Positions 42,509-52,028 of a DNA stretch of 62,993 nucleotides are shown here, piece by piece. Numbering within the stretch: the stretch's first letter is position 1; each line of letters opens with the position of its first letter. The position numbers were made by a program, and so were the translations under genes. Source of the stretch: Verrucomicrobiales bacterium (GTDB lineage Bacteria > Verrucomicrobiota > Verrucomicrobiia > Limisphaerales > UBA9464); assembly GCA_040375265.1 (NCBI GenBank), contig JBEISV010000001.1, positions 1 through 62,993 of the forward strand, read 5' to 3'. The notes beneath the pieces were generated by a model that was not told the origin of the DNA, ran no database searches, and saw nothing but the letters and a program-made list of their open reading frames with translations.

Positions 42509-42951
42509 GCGGGTCTACTTCCGCCTGCATGATTAGCCAATCGGTTTCCAAATGTTGAGAGCCAAACGAGCCTCGGAAACATCAGGCCGACGTTCAGCTA
42601 CTTGAACGTCATTTTCCAGTCTCAACCCAATAGTTCCCCACCGCGCTCCGGAGCTAAGCGGTGGCGCCCGTCGGTCCCTGGTGGACCAAGGTTCCGCAGG
42701 TAGTCGTGGCCTTCAATCCACGGAACAGACCGCCCCCGCCTTTCGTCGCGGAGCGACGGCTGGCCGCCAAGTTGGCACAGCTTTCAAGAAACGCACCGAC
42801 ACCGTGCGCAGTTGATCCCGCCCCGGCATTGGCGCCGCGTAGAAGGCCGTGCCTGTGAAGTGTGAGGGCGGGCGTGATCTCATGTTTCACGCCGCACCCA
42901 ACCGGAGCGCGATGGCCAATTGCGCTGCCGCGTAGGGTTGGCGTTTCCGGT

Positions 42952-43452
42952 TCATTTGGTTTTGGGCGATTCGGCATTCTTCCTTTGAGACTGAATCTTC
43001 CGGAGTTCGTAGCGAGTCCCAGCGGCTTCAAAGCCCTTCGGCGTCTCTTCGGCGTCGTCACCCATCGTGGCCAGGGTCAAGGTCCCGTCCTCAATCTTGT
43101 AGAAGGCTCGGACAACTTGGCCGATGCTGCTGGCCTGTGACGGTGGACAACCTTTGATGGTGGCGTGCAACTGCTTGGGGTGTTTGCCTGCAGGCAGTGT
43201 GATTGTCGTCTCGAACCAAAAGTTCGTGTCCCGGTGAAAATGCAGTGAATTGTCGGTGAGCGTGATGGTGATTTTGCCGTCCTTCTCCTGGCCCACCATG
43301 ACTCCCTCCCAAGTTCCTTGGAGCAATTGCTGATCGGCGGCGGTTGGTTGATTGACCGCAATTTTGGCTGTGGCAGTGGATTGTTCGGCAGCGTCAGCGA
43401 TGAAAGCAGCGCCGAGGCAAATAACGGTGATGATTTGGCGAAGGCTTTTCAT
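42952..43452 (-). CDS. TIGR03067-type (lipocalin-like) secreted protein
   Basis: Signal 'MKSLRQIITVICLGAAFIADA'. 'LLQGTWEGVMVGQEKDGKITITLTDNSLHF..YKIEDGTLTL' fits the PVC TIGR03067 pattern, which I recall from memory. Confidence 0.7.
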   Translation of the reverse strand: MKSLRQIITVICLGAAFIADAAEQSTATAKIAVNQPTAADQQLLQGTWEGVMVGQEKDGKITITLTDNSLHFHRDTNFWFETTITLPAGKHPKQLHATIKGCPPSQASSIGQVVRAFYKIEDGTLTLATMGDDAEETPKGFEAAGTRYELRKIQSQRKNAESPKTK

Positions 43453-43747
43453 GGCTTCAAGTGTCTGACGGTTGGCTGCGTAGGTTGTCAGGAAGTTGTG
43501 AGAGGAATGTAAAAGGTTCGTTCAAAGGGGCACGAGGAAACGCCTGCCGCTGCATCCCACTGGCTGGACAGGTCGCCTATCAGGGCAGCATCGCGCCAGT
43601 TCCCAACGGCAGGCACGTAGATTCCAACCCAAAGGCAGGTTTTCGCTGCTCTCCGTGGTTAAGCGGCGGCGTGTGAAAGTGTCGCTCCAATTCCCCCTGC
43701 GTGGCGAGAGCGCACGGCCATTGGGCGCATTCGGCCACGACGGTGGA

Positions 43748-44110
43748 TCACTGCTCGCCCTGAGCCTGGTCCGCCGGATCCGCGGAGTCCGCAAGATTGC
43801 CCGGCAAGTTGGGATCCGGAGTGCGTCGTCGGAAATAGGCCCGACTTCGCACGGTCTGGCGGGACCGCGCCAGGAGATCGGGCCCGTCGCTTTTCCGCGT
43901 TCGCGTGGGAGCAAAAGTCCGGATGTAGTTCCGTCGAACCTCCGCGAGGTGAGCGCTCAAGGTTTGGACGTCCAGCGGATGGCCAATCCACCGTGAGGCG
44001 TCATCCGGGCCGCGGGGAGTGTCCTTGGCCCGCTGATGGCGTCGTCGGAGCAAATACCCGCCCAGGACGATCAGCGCCGCGATGCGTAGAAGGAACTCCG
44101 GGACTGACAT
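43748..44110 (-). CDS. hypothetical small protein with N-terminal TM helix
   Basis: 'MSVPEFLLRIAALIVLGGYLL' then an Arg-rich tail. No homology recognised. Weak call. Confidence 0.3.
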   Translation of the reverse strand: MSVPEFLLRIAALIVLGGYLLRRRHQRAKDTPRGPDDASRWIGHPLDVQTLSAHLAEVRRNYIRTFAPTRTRKSDGPDLLARSRQTVRSRAYFRRRTPDPNLPGNLADSADPADQAQGEQ

Positions 44111-44228
44111 AGCCAGATGGTGCGGCCTTTCCGCCACGTATCCCGTCCGGCGGCAACTGAAGTCCGCCGTTGGCCGGAATCACGGCCCGGCGGTTGACGC
44201 GCCGGAAGGCCCCTGTTTGCCTCAAACG

Positions 44229-47200
44229 GTGCGTCGGCTTCTCCCCATCGTCGGTTTGACCCTTGGCTTGGGCGTCTCGTGCCGGGCCGCGGGCGACCTG
44301 CAATGGACGGCCGGCGCCGGCTTTCGCAGCGCGCCGGTCCGGCCGGTGGGGACGGGCAAGGTGGGCTTCACAGTTCTGCCGGGCACGGCTACCGGCCTGA
44401 CGTTTACCAACACCCTCGCCGGCGATGCCTTCCTGACCAACGCGGTGGCCCACAACGGCGCCGGGGTCGCGATCGGCGACGTGGATGCCGACGGTCGGCC
44501 CGACGTTTACCTGTGCAATTTGCAGGGGCCGAACCGGCTGTTCCGCAACCTCGGGGACTGGAAGTTCCGCGAACTGCCCCTCGGCGACGCGGCCTGCGCG
44601 GAACAGTTTTCCACCGGCGCGACATTGGCCGACGTGGACGGGGACGCCGACCTCGACTTGCTAGTGAACGGGATCGCCGCCGGCACCCGCCTGTTTCTGA
44701 ACGACGGGAAGGGGACCTGGGCCGAACGGAAGGATTCCGGCCTCTCCCGCACCGCCAGCGCCACCTCGCTCGCGCTGGCCGACATCGACGGTGACGGCGA
44801 CCTCGACCTTTACTGCCCGCATTTCATCGACGTGATGATGCTGTCCGACCCGACGACGAAGTTCGCCGTGGCCCGGCGCGGGGACCAGTGGGAGGTGTCC
44901 AAGGTGAACGGCGAATCGGCCCGGTCGCCCCGCTGGAAGGGCCGCTTCGAGGCGTTGGCGGATGGGCGCGTGCGCGAACTGCCGGAGGTCCACGGCTTCT
45001 ACCGCAACGAAGGCGGCGGCCGCTTCACGCCCATCGAAAACGAGCCGGGGACGTATCAGGACGAAACCGGGAAGCCGATCCCGCCGTTCCGCGACTGGGG
45101 CTTGGCGGCGATGTTCCGGGACCTGAACCGCGACGGACTGCCCGATCTGTATGTCTGCAACGACAACACGTCGCCGGACCGGATCTGGATCAACACGGGC
45201 AAGGGACAGTTCCGGGCGCTCGACACGCGGCGGCTTCGACACACGAGCCGGTCGTCGATGGGCGTGGATTTCGGGGACCTGAACCGCGACGGCTGGGACG
45301 ATTTCTTCGTCGTGGACATGCTGGCCCGCCGGCACGCGAAGCGTCTGACTCAGCTCATGCGGGACCGACCGCTGTTGGCCGACGCCGAACGCCCGGAAGA
45401 GCGGCCCCAGTTCAACCGCAACACGCTGTTCTTCGGCCGGCCCGACGGTTCCTTCGTTGAAACGGCGCTGATGGCTGGCGTCGCCGCGACGGATTGGACC
45501 TGGACCTCGCTCCTGCTCGACGTGGACCTGGACGGGTTCGAGGACATCCTCGTGACGAACGGCTTCGAGTTCGACGTGATGGACCAGGACAGCCACAACG
45601 TCATCAAGGACGGCCGACGCAAGCTCACCGACGCGCAGTTGAAGCGATCGATGCAGTTCCATCCCGGTTGGCGGACGCCGAACGGGGCCTTCCGCAACCT
45701 GGGTGACGGGCGTTTCGAACCCGCGGGCGAGGCCTGGGGTTTTGCGCAGGTCGGCATTTCCTACGGCACCGCACAGGGCGACCTCGACAACGACGGCGAC
45801 CTCGACCTGGTAGTGAACAACCTGAACGCCGAGGCCGGAGTGTATCGCAATGATGCGCCGGGTGCGCGCCTCGCGGTCCGGCTCAAGGGCGCGGCCCCAA
45901 ACGGCGCCGGCGTGGGCGCCCGCCTACGGTTGGTCGGCGCCCGGCTGACGCAGTCGCAGGAGATGATCAGCGGCGGCCGTTACCTTTCAGGCGACCAAGC
46001 GGTTCGCCCGTTTGCCGCGCCCGATGGTCAACCCCAGCGGCTCGAAGTTTGCTGGCGCAGTGGTCGCGAAAGCATCGTCACTAATGTGCTGCCGAACCAC
46101 GTTTATGAAATCGACGAAGCCGGAGCGGTTGCGGCGAATCCGCCGACCGAAGCGAAGCCGGCGCCGATGTTTGAGGACGTTAGCGGGCTGATTGGCCACG
46201 TGCATTCCGAGGAAGCCTTCGATGACTGGTCGCGGCAAGCCATGCTGCCGAAGCGGCTTAGTCGGCTGGGGCCGGGCGTGAGCTGGTTTGATGTGGATGG
46301 CGACGGCTGGGAAGACCTGCTGATCGGCGCTGGCAAAGGCGGTTCGCCGGCCGTGTATCGCAATGATCAGGGCCGTAGCTTCCTGAAGCTGCCGGGCTTC
46401 CCTGTGGCGGAAGGGGACCAAGGTTCGCTGATCGGTTGGCCCGACGGCCATGGCGGGCGACGGGTGCTCGCCGCGGTCGCCAACTACGAACGCACCACCC
46501 CGGGCGAATCTGAAATCATGGTGCTGGACCCGGCCCAGCCCGCCGCCGCGCAACGTCTCCCGGCCGGCCTCGCCAGCCTTGGCGCCCTGGCGTTGGCGGA
46601 CGTGGATGGTGACGGCGACCTCGATGTGTTCGCGGGCGGACGCTTCCGGCCCGACCATTATCCGGAAGCCGTGTCGTCGGCCATCTGGCTCAACGAAGTC
46701 GGCCGGCTTGTGGTCTCGGCGGCGGCCAGCGAACCCTTCAAGGCCGTGGGTTTGGTGAGCGGTGCGACGTTCGCGGATTTGGACGGCGACGGCGCGGCGG
46801 ACCTCGCGCTCGCGCTCGAATGGGGACCGGTGAAGGTGTTCCGCAACGAGTCTGGCCGCTTCCGGGACGTCACCGCCGCGTGGGGCCTGGCCGATTTCAC
46901 GGGGTGGTGGACGGGCGTGGCGGCGGGCGATTTCGACGGCGACGGACGATTGGACCTCGCGGCGGGCAACTGGGGACGCAACACGGTTTACGAATTGAAC
47001 CTGCCCACCACGTGCCGGGCTTACTACGGCGAATGGAACGGTGACGGCGTGGGCCAGTTGATCGAGGCGTGGTCCGCGGGCGCCGACTGGTTTCCGGTCC
47101 ATGATCGCACTTGGCTGGAACGCGGGTTTCCCCGGCTGACCGACCAGTTCCCGACGCACGAAGCCTTTGGTCAGGCCACGTTGCGGACGATCCTGGGAAC

Positions 47201-47879
47201 GCAATTCGACACCGCGAAGTTCGTCGAGGCCAAGCGGCTCGAATCGGCCGTGTTCCTCAACCGCGGCGGGCGCTTTGAAGCCGTCGCTCTGCCGGCCGTG
47301 GCCCAGTTGGCACCGATGTTCTCGGTGAATGTGGGCGACGTGAACGGCGACGGCATCGAGGACTTGTTCTGCTCCCAGAATTTCTTCGGCACGGCGACTG
47401 ACATGGCCCGTGACGACAATGGCCGCGGCCTGTGGCTGCGCGGGTTGGGCAACGGGCAATTTGCCGCCTTGGAGGCCGAGGCAACCGGCGTCCGGGTGCT
47501 CGGCGAACAGCGCGGGGCCGCCCTGGTGGACTTCAACCATGACGGGCGGCTGGACGTCGCGGTCTCGCAAAACAACGGCGCCACCCAGCTTTACGCGAAC
47601 CGCACGGCGAAGCCCGGGCTGCGGGTTTCGCTGGCCGGCCTCGCCGGAAATCCCGACGGCATCGGCGCGCAGTTGCGGCTGAAGCGCGCGGATGGAACGC
47701 TCGGCCCGGTTCGCAGCGTGTCGGCGGGCACCGGTTACTGGTCGCAGGACGCGGCGACGCAGGTCCTGGGTTCGGCGGAGCCGCCGGTCGCGCTCTGGGT
47801 TCGCTGGCCGGGAGGCCGAGAGCAGTCGGTGAACTTGAACGGCGCCGAGCGGGAACTTCGGGTGGAATTCAAACCATGA
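44229..47879 (+). CDS. FG-GAP/VCBS repeat protein with ASPIC/UnbV C-terminal domain (CRTAC1 family)
   Basis: Many 'DVDGDGxxDL' FG-GAP/VCBS units. C-terminal 'GAQLRLKRADGTLGPVRSVSAGTGYWSQDA'. Start is GTG 44229 (signal 'VRRLLPIVGLTLGLGVSC') or ATG 44082. Confidence 0.88.
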   Translation: MRRLLPIVGLTLGLGVSCRAAGDLQWTAGAGFRSAPVRPVGTGKVGFTVLPGTATGLTFTNTLAGDAFLTNAVAHNGAGVAIGDVDADGRPDVYLCNLQGPNRLFRNLGDWKFRELPLGDAACAEQFSTGATLADVDGDADLDLLVNGIAAGTRLFLNDGKGTWAERKDSGLSRTASATSLALADIDGDGDLDLYCPHFIDVMMLSDPTTKFAVARRGDQWEVSKVNGESARSPRWKGRFEALADGRVRELPEVHGFYRNEGGGRFTPIENEPGTYQDETGKPIPPFRDWGLAAMFRDLNRDGLPDLYVCNDNTSPDRIWINTGKGQFRALDTRRLRHTSRSSMGVDFGDLNRDGWDDFFVVDMLARRHAKRLTQLMRDRPLLADAERPEERPQFNRNTLFFGRPDGSFVETALMAGVAATDWTWTSLLLDVDLDGFEDILVTNGFEFDVMDQDSHNVIKDGRRKLTDAQLKRSMQFHPGWRTPNGAFRNLGDGRFEPAGEAWGFAQVGISYGTAQGDLDNDGDLDLVVNNLNAEAGVYRNDAPGARLAVRLKGAAPNGAGVGARLRLVGARLTQSQEMISGGRYLSGDQAVRPFAAPDGQPQRLEVCWRSGRESIVTNVLPNHVYEIDEAGAVAANPPTEAKPAPMFEDVSGLIGHVHSEEAFDDWSRQAMLPKRLSRLGPGVSWFDVDGDGWEDLLIGAGKGGSPAVYRNDQGRSFLKLPGFPVAEGDQGSLIGWPDGHGGRRVLAAVANYERTTPGESEIMVLDPAQPAAAQRLPAGLASLGALALADVDGDGDLDVFAGGRFRPDHYPEAVSSAIWLNEVGRLVVSAAASEPFKAVGLVSGATFADLDGDGAADLALALEWGPVKVFRNESGRFRDVTAAWGLADFTGWWTGVAAGDFDGDGRLDLAAGNWGRNTVYELNLPTTCRAYYGEWNGDGVGQLIEAWSAGADWFPVHDRTWLERGFPRLTDQFPTHEAFGQATLRTILGTQFDTAKFVEAKRLESAVFLNRGGRFEAVALPAVAQLAPMFSVNVGDVNGDGIEDLFCSQNFFGTATDMARDDNGRGLWLRGLGNGQFAALEAEATGVRVLGEQRGAALVDFNHDGRLDVAVSQNNGATQLYANRTAKPGLRVSLAGLAGNPDGIGAQLRLKRADGTLGPVRSVSAGTGYWSQDAATQVLGSAEPPVALWVRWPGGREQSVNLNGAERELRVEFKP

Positions 47880-48685
47880 ACAGCAAGCGGTGCTCCGCGA
47901 ACGCGGCGACGAAATGGGGTTGGCTGGTGGCCTTGGCTGCCGCGGGCCTGCTCACGGCGTGCGACCGGAAGCCGGCCGCACCGCCGCGGTCCGAATTGGT
48001 GCCGCTGACCAACATGGTGCCCATCCGTGCGGGCACGTTCCAGCGGATCAAGTTTCCGGTCACGATCACCCGCGACTATTGGATCGGGAAATACGAGGTG
48101 ACCCAGGGCGAGTTCCTCTCGCTGATGGGACGGAACCCGAGCCACTTCACCAATGACCTCAGCCTGCCCGTCGAGAAGGTCTCGTTCCTCGACGCCAGCA
48201 ACTATTGCGCGGCCGTGACTCAACGCGAACGCGCCGCCGGACGGTTGCCGGACGGCTACGTTTACCGACTGCCCTACGAGTCCGAGTGGGAATACGCCTG
48301 CCGGGCCGGCGCGACCAACCAGTTTCACTTTGGCGACAATCCCGACCAAGCCGACGCCTTCGCGTGGACCGGTGAGAACAGCGATGCGATGACCCATCCG
48401 ATCGGTCAGAAGCAGCCCAACGCCTGGGGACTGCACGACATGCACGGCAACGTCTGGGAATGGTGCTTCGACTGGTTTGCCGCCTATCCGGCCCAGCCGC
48501 TGACGGATCCGGTCGGCCCGCCGACGAGCAAATACAAGCTCTTCAAGGGCGGCGGATGGAACCAGGACGCCCAGTTCGGCCGGGCGTCCAGCCGCTTCAT
48601 GATGTCGCCGTCCAACGGCATTCACTTTGTCGGTTTCCGTGTCGCCCTCGGCCAGACTCCCCCCCTCAGCTTGCCACCCAACTGA
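47876..48685 (+). CDS. formylglycine-generating-enzyme (FGE/SUMF1) domain lipoprotein
   Basis: ATGA overlap with the upstream stop. Lipobox 'LLTAC'. 'YWIGKYEVTQGEF..WEYACRAG..GLHDMHGNVWEWCFDW..GFRVAL'. Confidence 0.88.
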   Translation: MNSKRCSANAATKWGWLVALAAAGLLTACDRKPAAPPRSELVPLTNMVPIRAGTFQRIKFPVTITRDYWIGKYEVTQGEFLSLMGRNPSHFTNDLSLPVEKVSFLDASNYCAAVTQRERAAGRLPDGYVYRLPYESEWEYACRAGATNQFHFGDNPDQADAFAWTGENSDAMTHPIGQKQPNAWGLHDMHGNVWEWCFDWFAAYPAQPLTDPVGPPTSKYKLFKGGGWNQDAQFGRASSRFMMSPSNGIHFVGFRVALGQTPPLSLPPN

Positions 48686-48694
48686 TTCCTGACC

Positions 48695-50653
48695 ATGAAC
48701 TCCAACTTGCCCTTCCGCCTTCCCGGTTACGTTGTCGCGATCGCGCTGCTGCCCGTCTCGGCCGTGTTGGCCGCCGAGGGACCGGCCGGAAAGCAAGTCG
48801 TCGATCCGTTGGGCCTGCGGGCCAGCACCGTGCAGGCGTTGGAGGAAAACCGCGCACGGCAAATTGAGGCCGCCAAGGGCTGGCGCACGGTTCACAACTT
48901 CCAGTTCACCGACCGGCGCGCGGAAAGCGGCATCACGTTCGAGCATCAGCCGGTGGATGACGCCGCCAAGAATTACCTCGCCGTGCATTACGATCACGGC
49001 AACGGCCTGGCCGCCGCTGACGTGGACGGTGACGGGCGGACGGACCTCTATTTCGTGAACCAGCTCGGGGCGAGCCAGCTTTGGCGCAACCTCGGCGGCG
49101 GCAAGTTTGAGGACATCACCGCGCAGGCGGGCGTGGGCCTGGCGGATAAGATCAGTGTCGCGGCGGCGTTTGCGGATCTCGACAACGACGGTTTGCCGGA
49201 ACTGCTGGTCACGTCGGTCCGCACCGGCAATTCGCTGTTCAAGAACCTCGGCGGCGGCAAGTTCCAGAACATCACCGCGGCGTCCGGGCTCAACGCGGGC
49301 CGGCCGACGCATTCGTCGGGCGCGGTCTTCTTCGACTTTGACCGCGACGGTTTGCTGGACCTGTTCGTGACCAATGTGGGCAGCTACACCCGGAACGAAA
49401 AGGGCCGCGGCGGCTTCTACCTCGGTCGGCCGGATGCGTTCCAAAGCTGGCAGTTTCCCGAGCGGAGCGAACGCAGTCTCCTCTACCGGAACCTCGGCGG
49501 CGGGAAGTTCGAGGACGTGTCGGCCAAGATGAACCTGGAGCACCGTGGCTGGAGCGGCGACGCGACCTTCTGCGACCTGAACCAGGACGGTTACCCGGAC
49601 CTCTACGTCCTCAGCATGTCGGGCGAGGACCGGTTTTACGAAAACGACCGCGGCCAACGGTTTGTGGAAAAGACCGCAGCTTACTTCCCGAAGACGCCGT
49701 GGGGCGCGATGGGCGTCAAGTTCTTCGACTACAACCTCGACGGCCTGATGGACCTCTACGTGACCGACATGCACTCGGACATGACGTCGCTCCAGATCAA
49801 GGCCGGGGAAAAGAATTTCAGCGCGCGTTTCGAAAAGGAAAAGAGCGACGTCTGGTGCGCCGCGGATTGGACGCCGATCACCAAGCTGAGCGCGACCAAC
49901 TGCGTGCTCGGGAATGCGTTTTACCAGAACCAAGGCCAAGGCCGCTTCGTCGAGGTTTCTGGGAAGTTGGGCGCGGAAACCTATTGGCCTTGGGGCGTGA
50001 CGGTGGCCGACCTGAACGCGGATGGCTACGAGGACGCCTTCGTGACCGCCGGCATGGGCTATCCGCTGCGGTATGCGGCCAATTCCGTGCTGCTCAACGA
50101 GGGAGGCCAACGGTTCGTGGACAGCGAGTTCGTCGTGGGCGTCGAACCGAGAAAAGACAACCGCATCGAGAAAGAATTCTTCACCCTCGATGCTTCCGGC
50201 GAGGACCGACGGCATCCGCTGAGCCGTGGCAAAAAGGGGCTTCTGAGTGTGTTGGGCACCACCAGCACGCGAGGCTCGGTGGCCTTCGATCTGGATGACG
50301 ACGGCGACCTGGACCTGGTGACTGGCGAATGGAATGACCGCCCGATGGTGCTGGTCAGCGATTTGGCCGCGAAACAGCCGGTCCTCTATCTCGCGGTGAA
50401 GCTCGTCGGCACCACGTCCAACCGCGACGGCCTCGGCGCCACCGTGAAGGTCCGGAGCGGCGCGAAAACCTACACCCGCTACCACGACGGGAAGACGGGC
50501 TACCTCGCGCAGGGGTTGCTGCCGCTGTATTTCGGCTTGGGTGACAACGGGAAGGTGGAGCAGATCGAGGTCCTTTGGCCGTCGGGCAAGACCCAGGTGG
50601 TCACGGCCGGCCTCGCGGCCAATTCCCGGCTCACGATTACCGAGCCCCGCTGA
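48695..50653 (+). CDS. FG-GAP/VCBS repeat protein with ASPIC/UnbV domain (CRTAC1 family)
   Basis: 'AAADVDGDGRTDLYFVNQLG..LWRNLGGGKFEDIT' repeats. C-terminal 'GATVKVRSGAKTYTRYHDGKTGYLAQG..IEVLWPSG'. Confidence 0.9.
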   Translation: MNSNLPFRLPGYVVAIALLPVSAVLAAEGPAGKQVVDPLGLRASTVQALEENRARQIEAAKGWRTVHNFQFTDRRAESGITFEHQPVDDAAKNYLAVHYDHGNGLAAADVDGDGRTDLYFVNQLGASQLWRNLGGGKFEDITAQAGVGLADKISVAAAFADLDNDGLPELLVTSVRTGNSLFKNLGGGKFQNITAASGLNAGRPTHSSGAVFFDFDRDGLLDLFVTNVGSYTRNEKGRGGFYLGRPDAFQSWQFPERSERSLLYRNLGGGKFEDVSAKMNLEHRGWSGDATFCDLNQDGYPDLYVLSMSGEDRFYENDRGQRFVEKTAAYFPKTPWGAMGVKFFDYNLDGLMDLYVTDMHSDMTSLQIKAGEKNFSARFEKEKSDVWCAADWTPITKLSATNCVLGNAFYQNQGQGRFVEVSGKLGAETYWPWGVTVADLNADGYEDAFVTAGMGYPLRYAANSVLLNEGGQRFVDSEFVVGVEPRKDNRIEKEFFTLDASGEDRRHPLSRGKKGLLSVLGTTSTRGSVAFDLDDDGDLDLVTGEWNDRPMVLVSDLAAKQPVLYLAVKLVGTTSNRDGLGATVKVRSGAKTYTRYHDGKTGYLAQGLLPLYFGLGDNGKVEQIEVLWPSGKTQVVTAGLAANSRLTITEPR

Positions 50654-51811
50654 TCAGGGCTGCTTCCCGGCTGCCGGTTTCGCGACGCCGACCGGCCGGT
50701 AGCCAGCGTGGGCGTATTCCGGTGCGGCCGGGACGAAATCCGCATCGAACCGTGGCGGCGGGGCCGACAGGAGATTCTCGGTCGCCGACACCTTCTGTTG
50801 GACGTCGATGATCTTGCCGGTGAACACGCAGCCCCTGACGGACGCGCCGGCGTTCACCGCGAGTTCGTAGCGCGCATGCCCCTTGAGGCCGCCTTCGAGC
50901 GTGTTGTCCGCGAAGATGCAGTTCAGGTAAGTGCTGGCCCCGCCCATGTCGTCCACCCCGTTGCGATTGCCCGTGAAGGTGCAATTCCGGAACTCGGCGT
51001 GAGACTTCCAGAACGTGGTCACTGCGCCGTTGTTCACGAACGGCCGTTCACCGGACGCCTTCGCCACCGGATCATCGCCCATGTTCGAGATGTTGCGCAC
51101 GAACAGGCAGTTGTTCAGCCGGGCCGCACTGCCCGGGAGGAGGTCGAGGGCGGACCCGGTGCCCTGCGCCCGGTTGTTGATGAAGCGGCAATTCTCGATC
51201 ACTACCGCACCCTGCTTGTGCCCCTCGTGCTGGATTGAAAGGCCCGCGCCACAGGGACTGGTGAAGTTGTCCTCCATTTCGATGTCCAAGAGCGTCGGAT
51301 ACGACCGGCCAAACACCTTGATCGCCCCGCCGTCGGAGTAGAAAAATAGATTCTTGGGAATCGTCCGGTCCGGTTCGAGTTCCCGGGTCTTGGCCTTGGT
51401 GAGGAAACTGTTCGCGCCGGTGATGCGAAACCCCTTCAGCACGGTGTTGGTGGAGATCCCGTCGCCGAAATAGACAACGTGGTTGACCACGGCGGGGTAG
51501 CCCGCGTCGGACGGCAGGGCCAGTTGCGGATTGGCGGCCGACAGGGTTACCGGACCGGCCGCTTCGAGCCGCACGCCATCGTGCATCCGATTGAACCACA
51601 CCAGCGCCTGCTGTTTGGCCGCCGGCCGATACTCTCCGGCGAGGACCCGCACCACCTTGTTTGTGGGGTTGGCCGCAGCCAGTTGGACCGCCTCTTGGAT
51701 GTTGTCCCCGGGATGCACCTCGTAACCTGCGGGCGTCAGCGTGATGGCCGCAGGGAGTCGCCCGGCCCAAAGAGCCATGCTGGCGACGAGCGCGGCAGAA
51801 CGAGGGTGCAT
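50654..51811 (-). CDS. right-handed parallel beta-helix repeat protein (pectate-lyase fold)
   Basis: Signal 'MHPRSAALVASMALWAG'. Serial 'ENCRFINNRA / NNCLFVRNIS / RNCTFTGNRN / LNCIFADNT' beta-helix rungs. Confidence 0.75.
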   Translation of the reverse strand: MHPRSAALVASMALWAGRLPAAITLTPAGYEVHPGDNIQEAVQLAAANPTNKVVRVLAGEYRPAAKQQALVWFNRMHDGVRLEAAGPVTLSAANPQLALPSDAGYPAVVNHVVYFGDGISTNTVLKGFRITGANSFLTKAKTRELEPDRTIPKNLFFYSDGGAIKVFGRSYPTLLDIEMEDNFTSPCGAGLSIQHEGHKQGAVVIENCRFINNRAQGTGSALDLLPGSAARLNNCLFVRNISNMGDDPVAKASGERPFVNNGAVTTFWKSHAEFRNCTFTGNRNGVDDMGGASTYLNCIFADNTLEGGLKGHARYELAVNAGASVRGCVFTGKIIDVQQKVSATENLLSAPPPRFDADFVPAAPEYAHAGYRPVGVAKPAAGKQP

Positions 51812-52028
51812 TTCAGCGAAGATTCCGGGGTGGGAACGCCGTCGGCCAGCCAAAATCGCCGCCCGCTCACCCCGTGATTTCACCCGCTCACCCCACCCAG
51901 CCGGCGACTCACCCAAAAAAATCCCGTCGTCGTCGGAGAAAAGTCTTGTGGATTTGACCCCTCCGTTGAAAAAGGTCGAGGACAAGAGCCCCTCATTGTC
52001 CCAAGTAGCTCTTCCGACGAACGAAATC

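Noticed and set aside
42654-43061. 135-aa ORF (and 42661-42858 on the plus strand) in the gap between the two small minus-strand genes.
   Set aside because: The translations are not protein-like (Arg/Gly/Ala/Thr strings). The ORF overlaps the 3' end of the TIGR03067-type gene. The frames are interrupted when extended. The gap is left as non-coding or degraded sequence.
47735-50485. 916-aa antisense ORF across the FGE and CRTAC1 genes. Others of the same kind: 45987-47570(-), 34878-37202(-), 40351-41778(-), 52998-54725(-), 57202-58320(+), 58342-59961(+) and 61086-62894(+).
   Set aside because: Same reasoning: low-complexity translations opposite strongly motif-supported genes. The only part kept as a curiosity is the extreme 3' tail of 40351-41778, which lies outside apgM (see findings).
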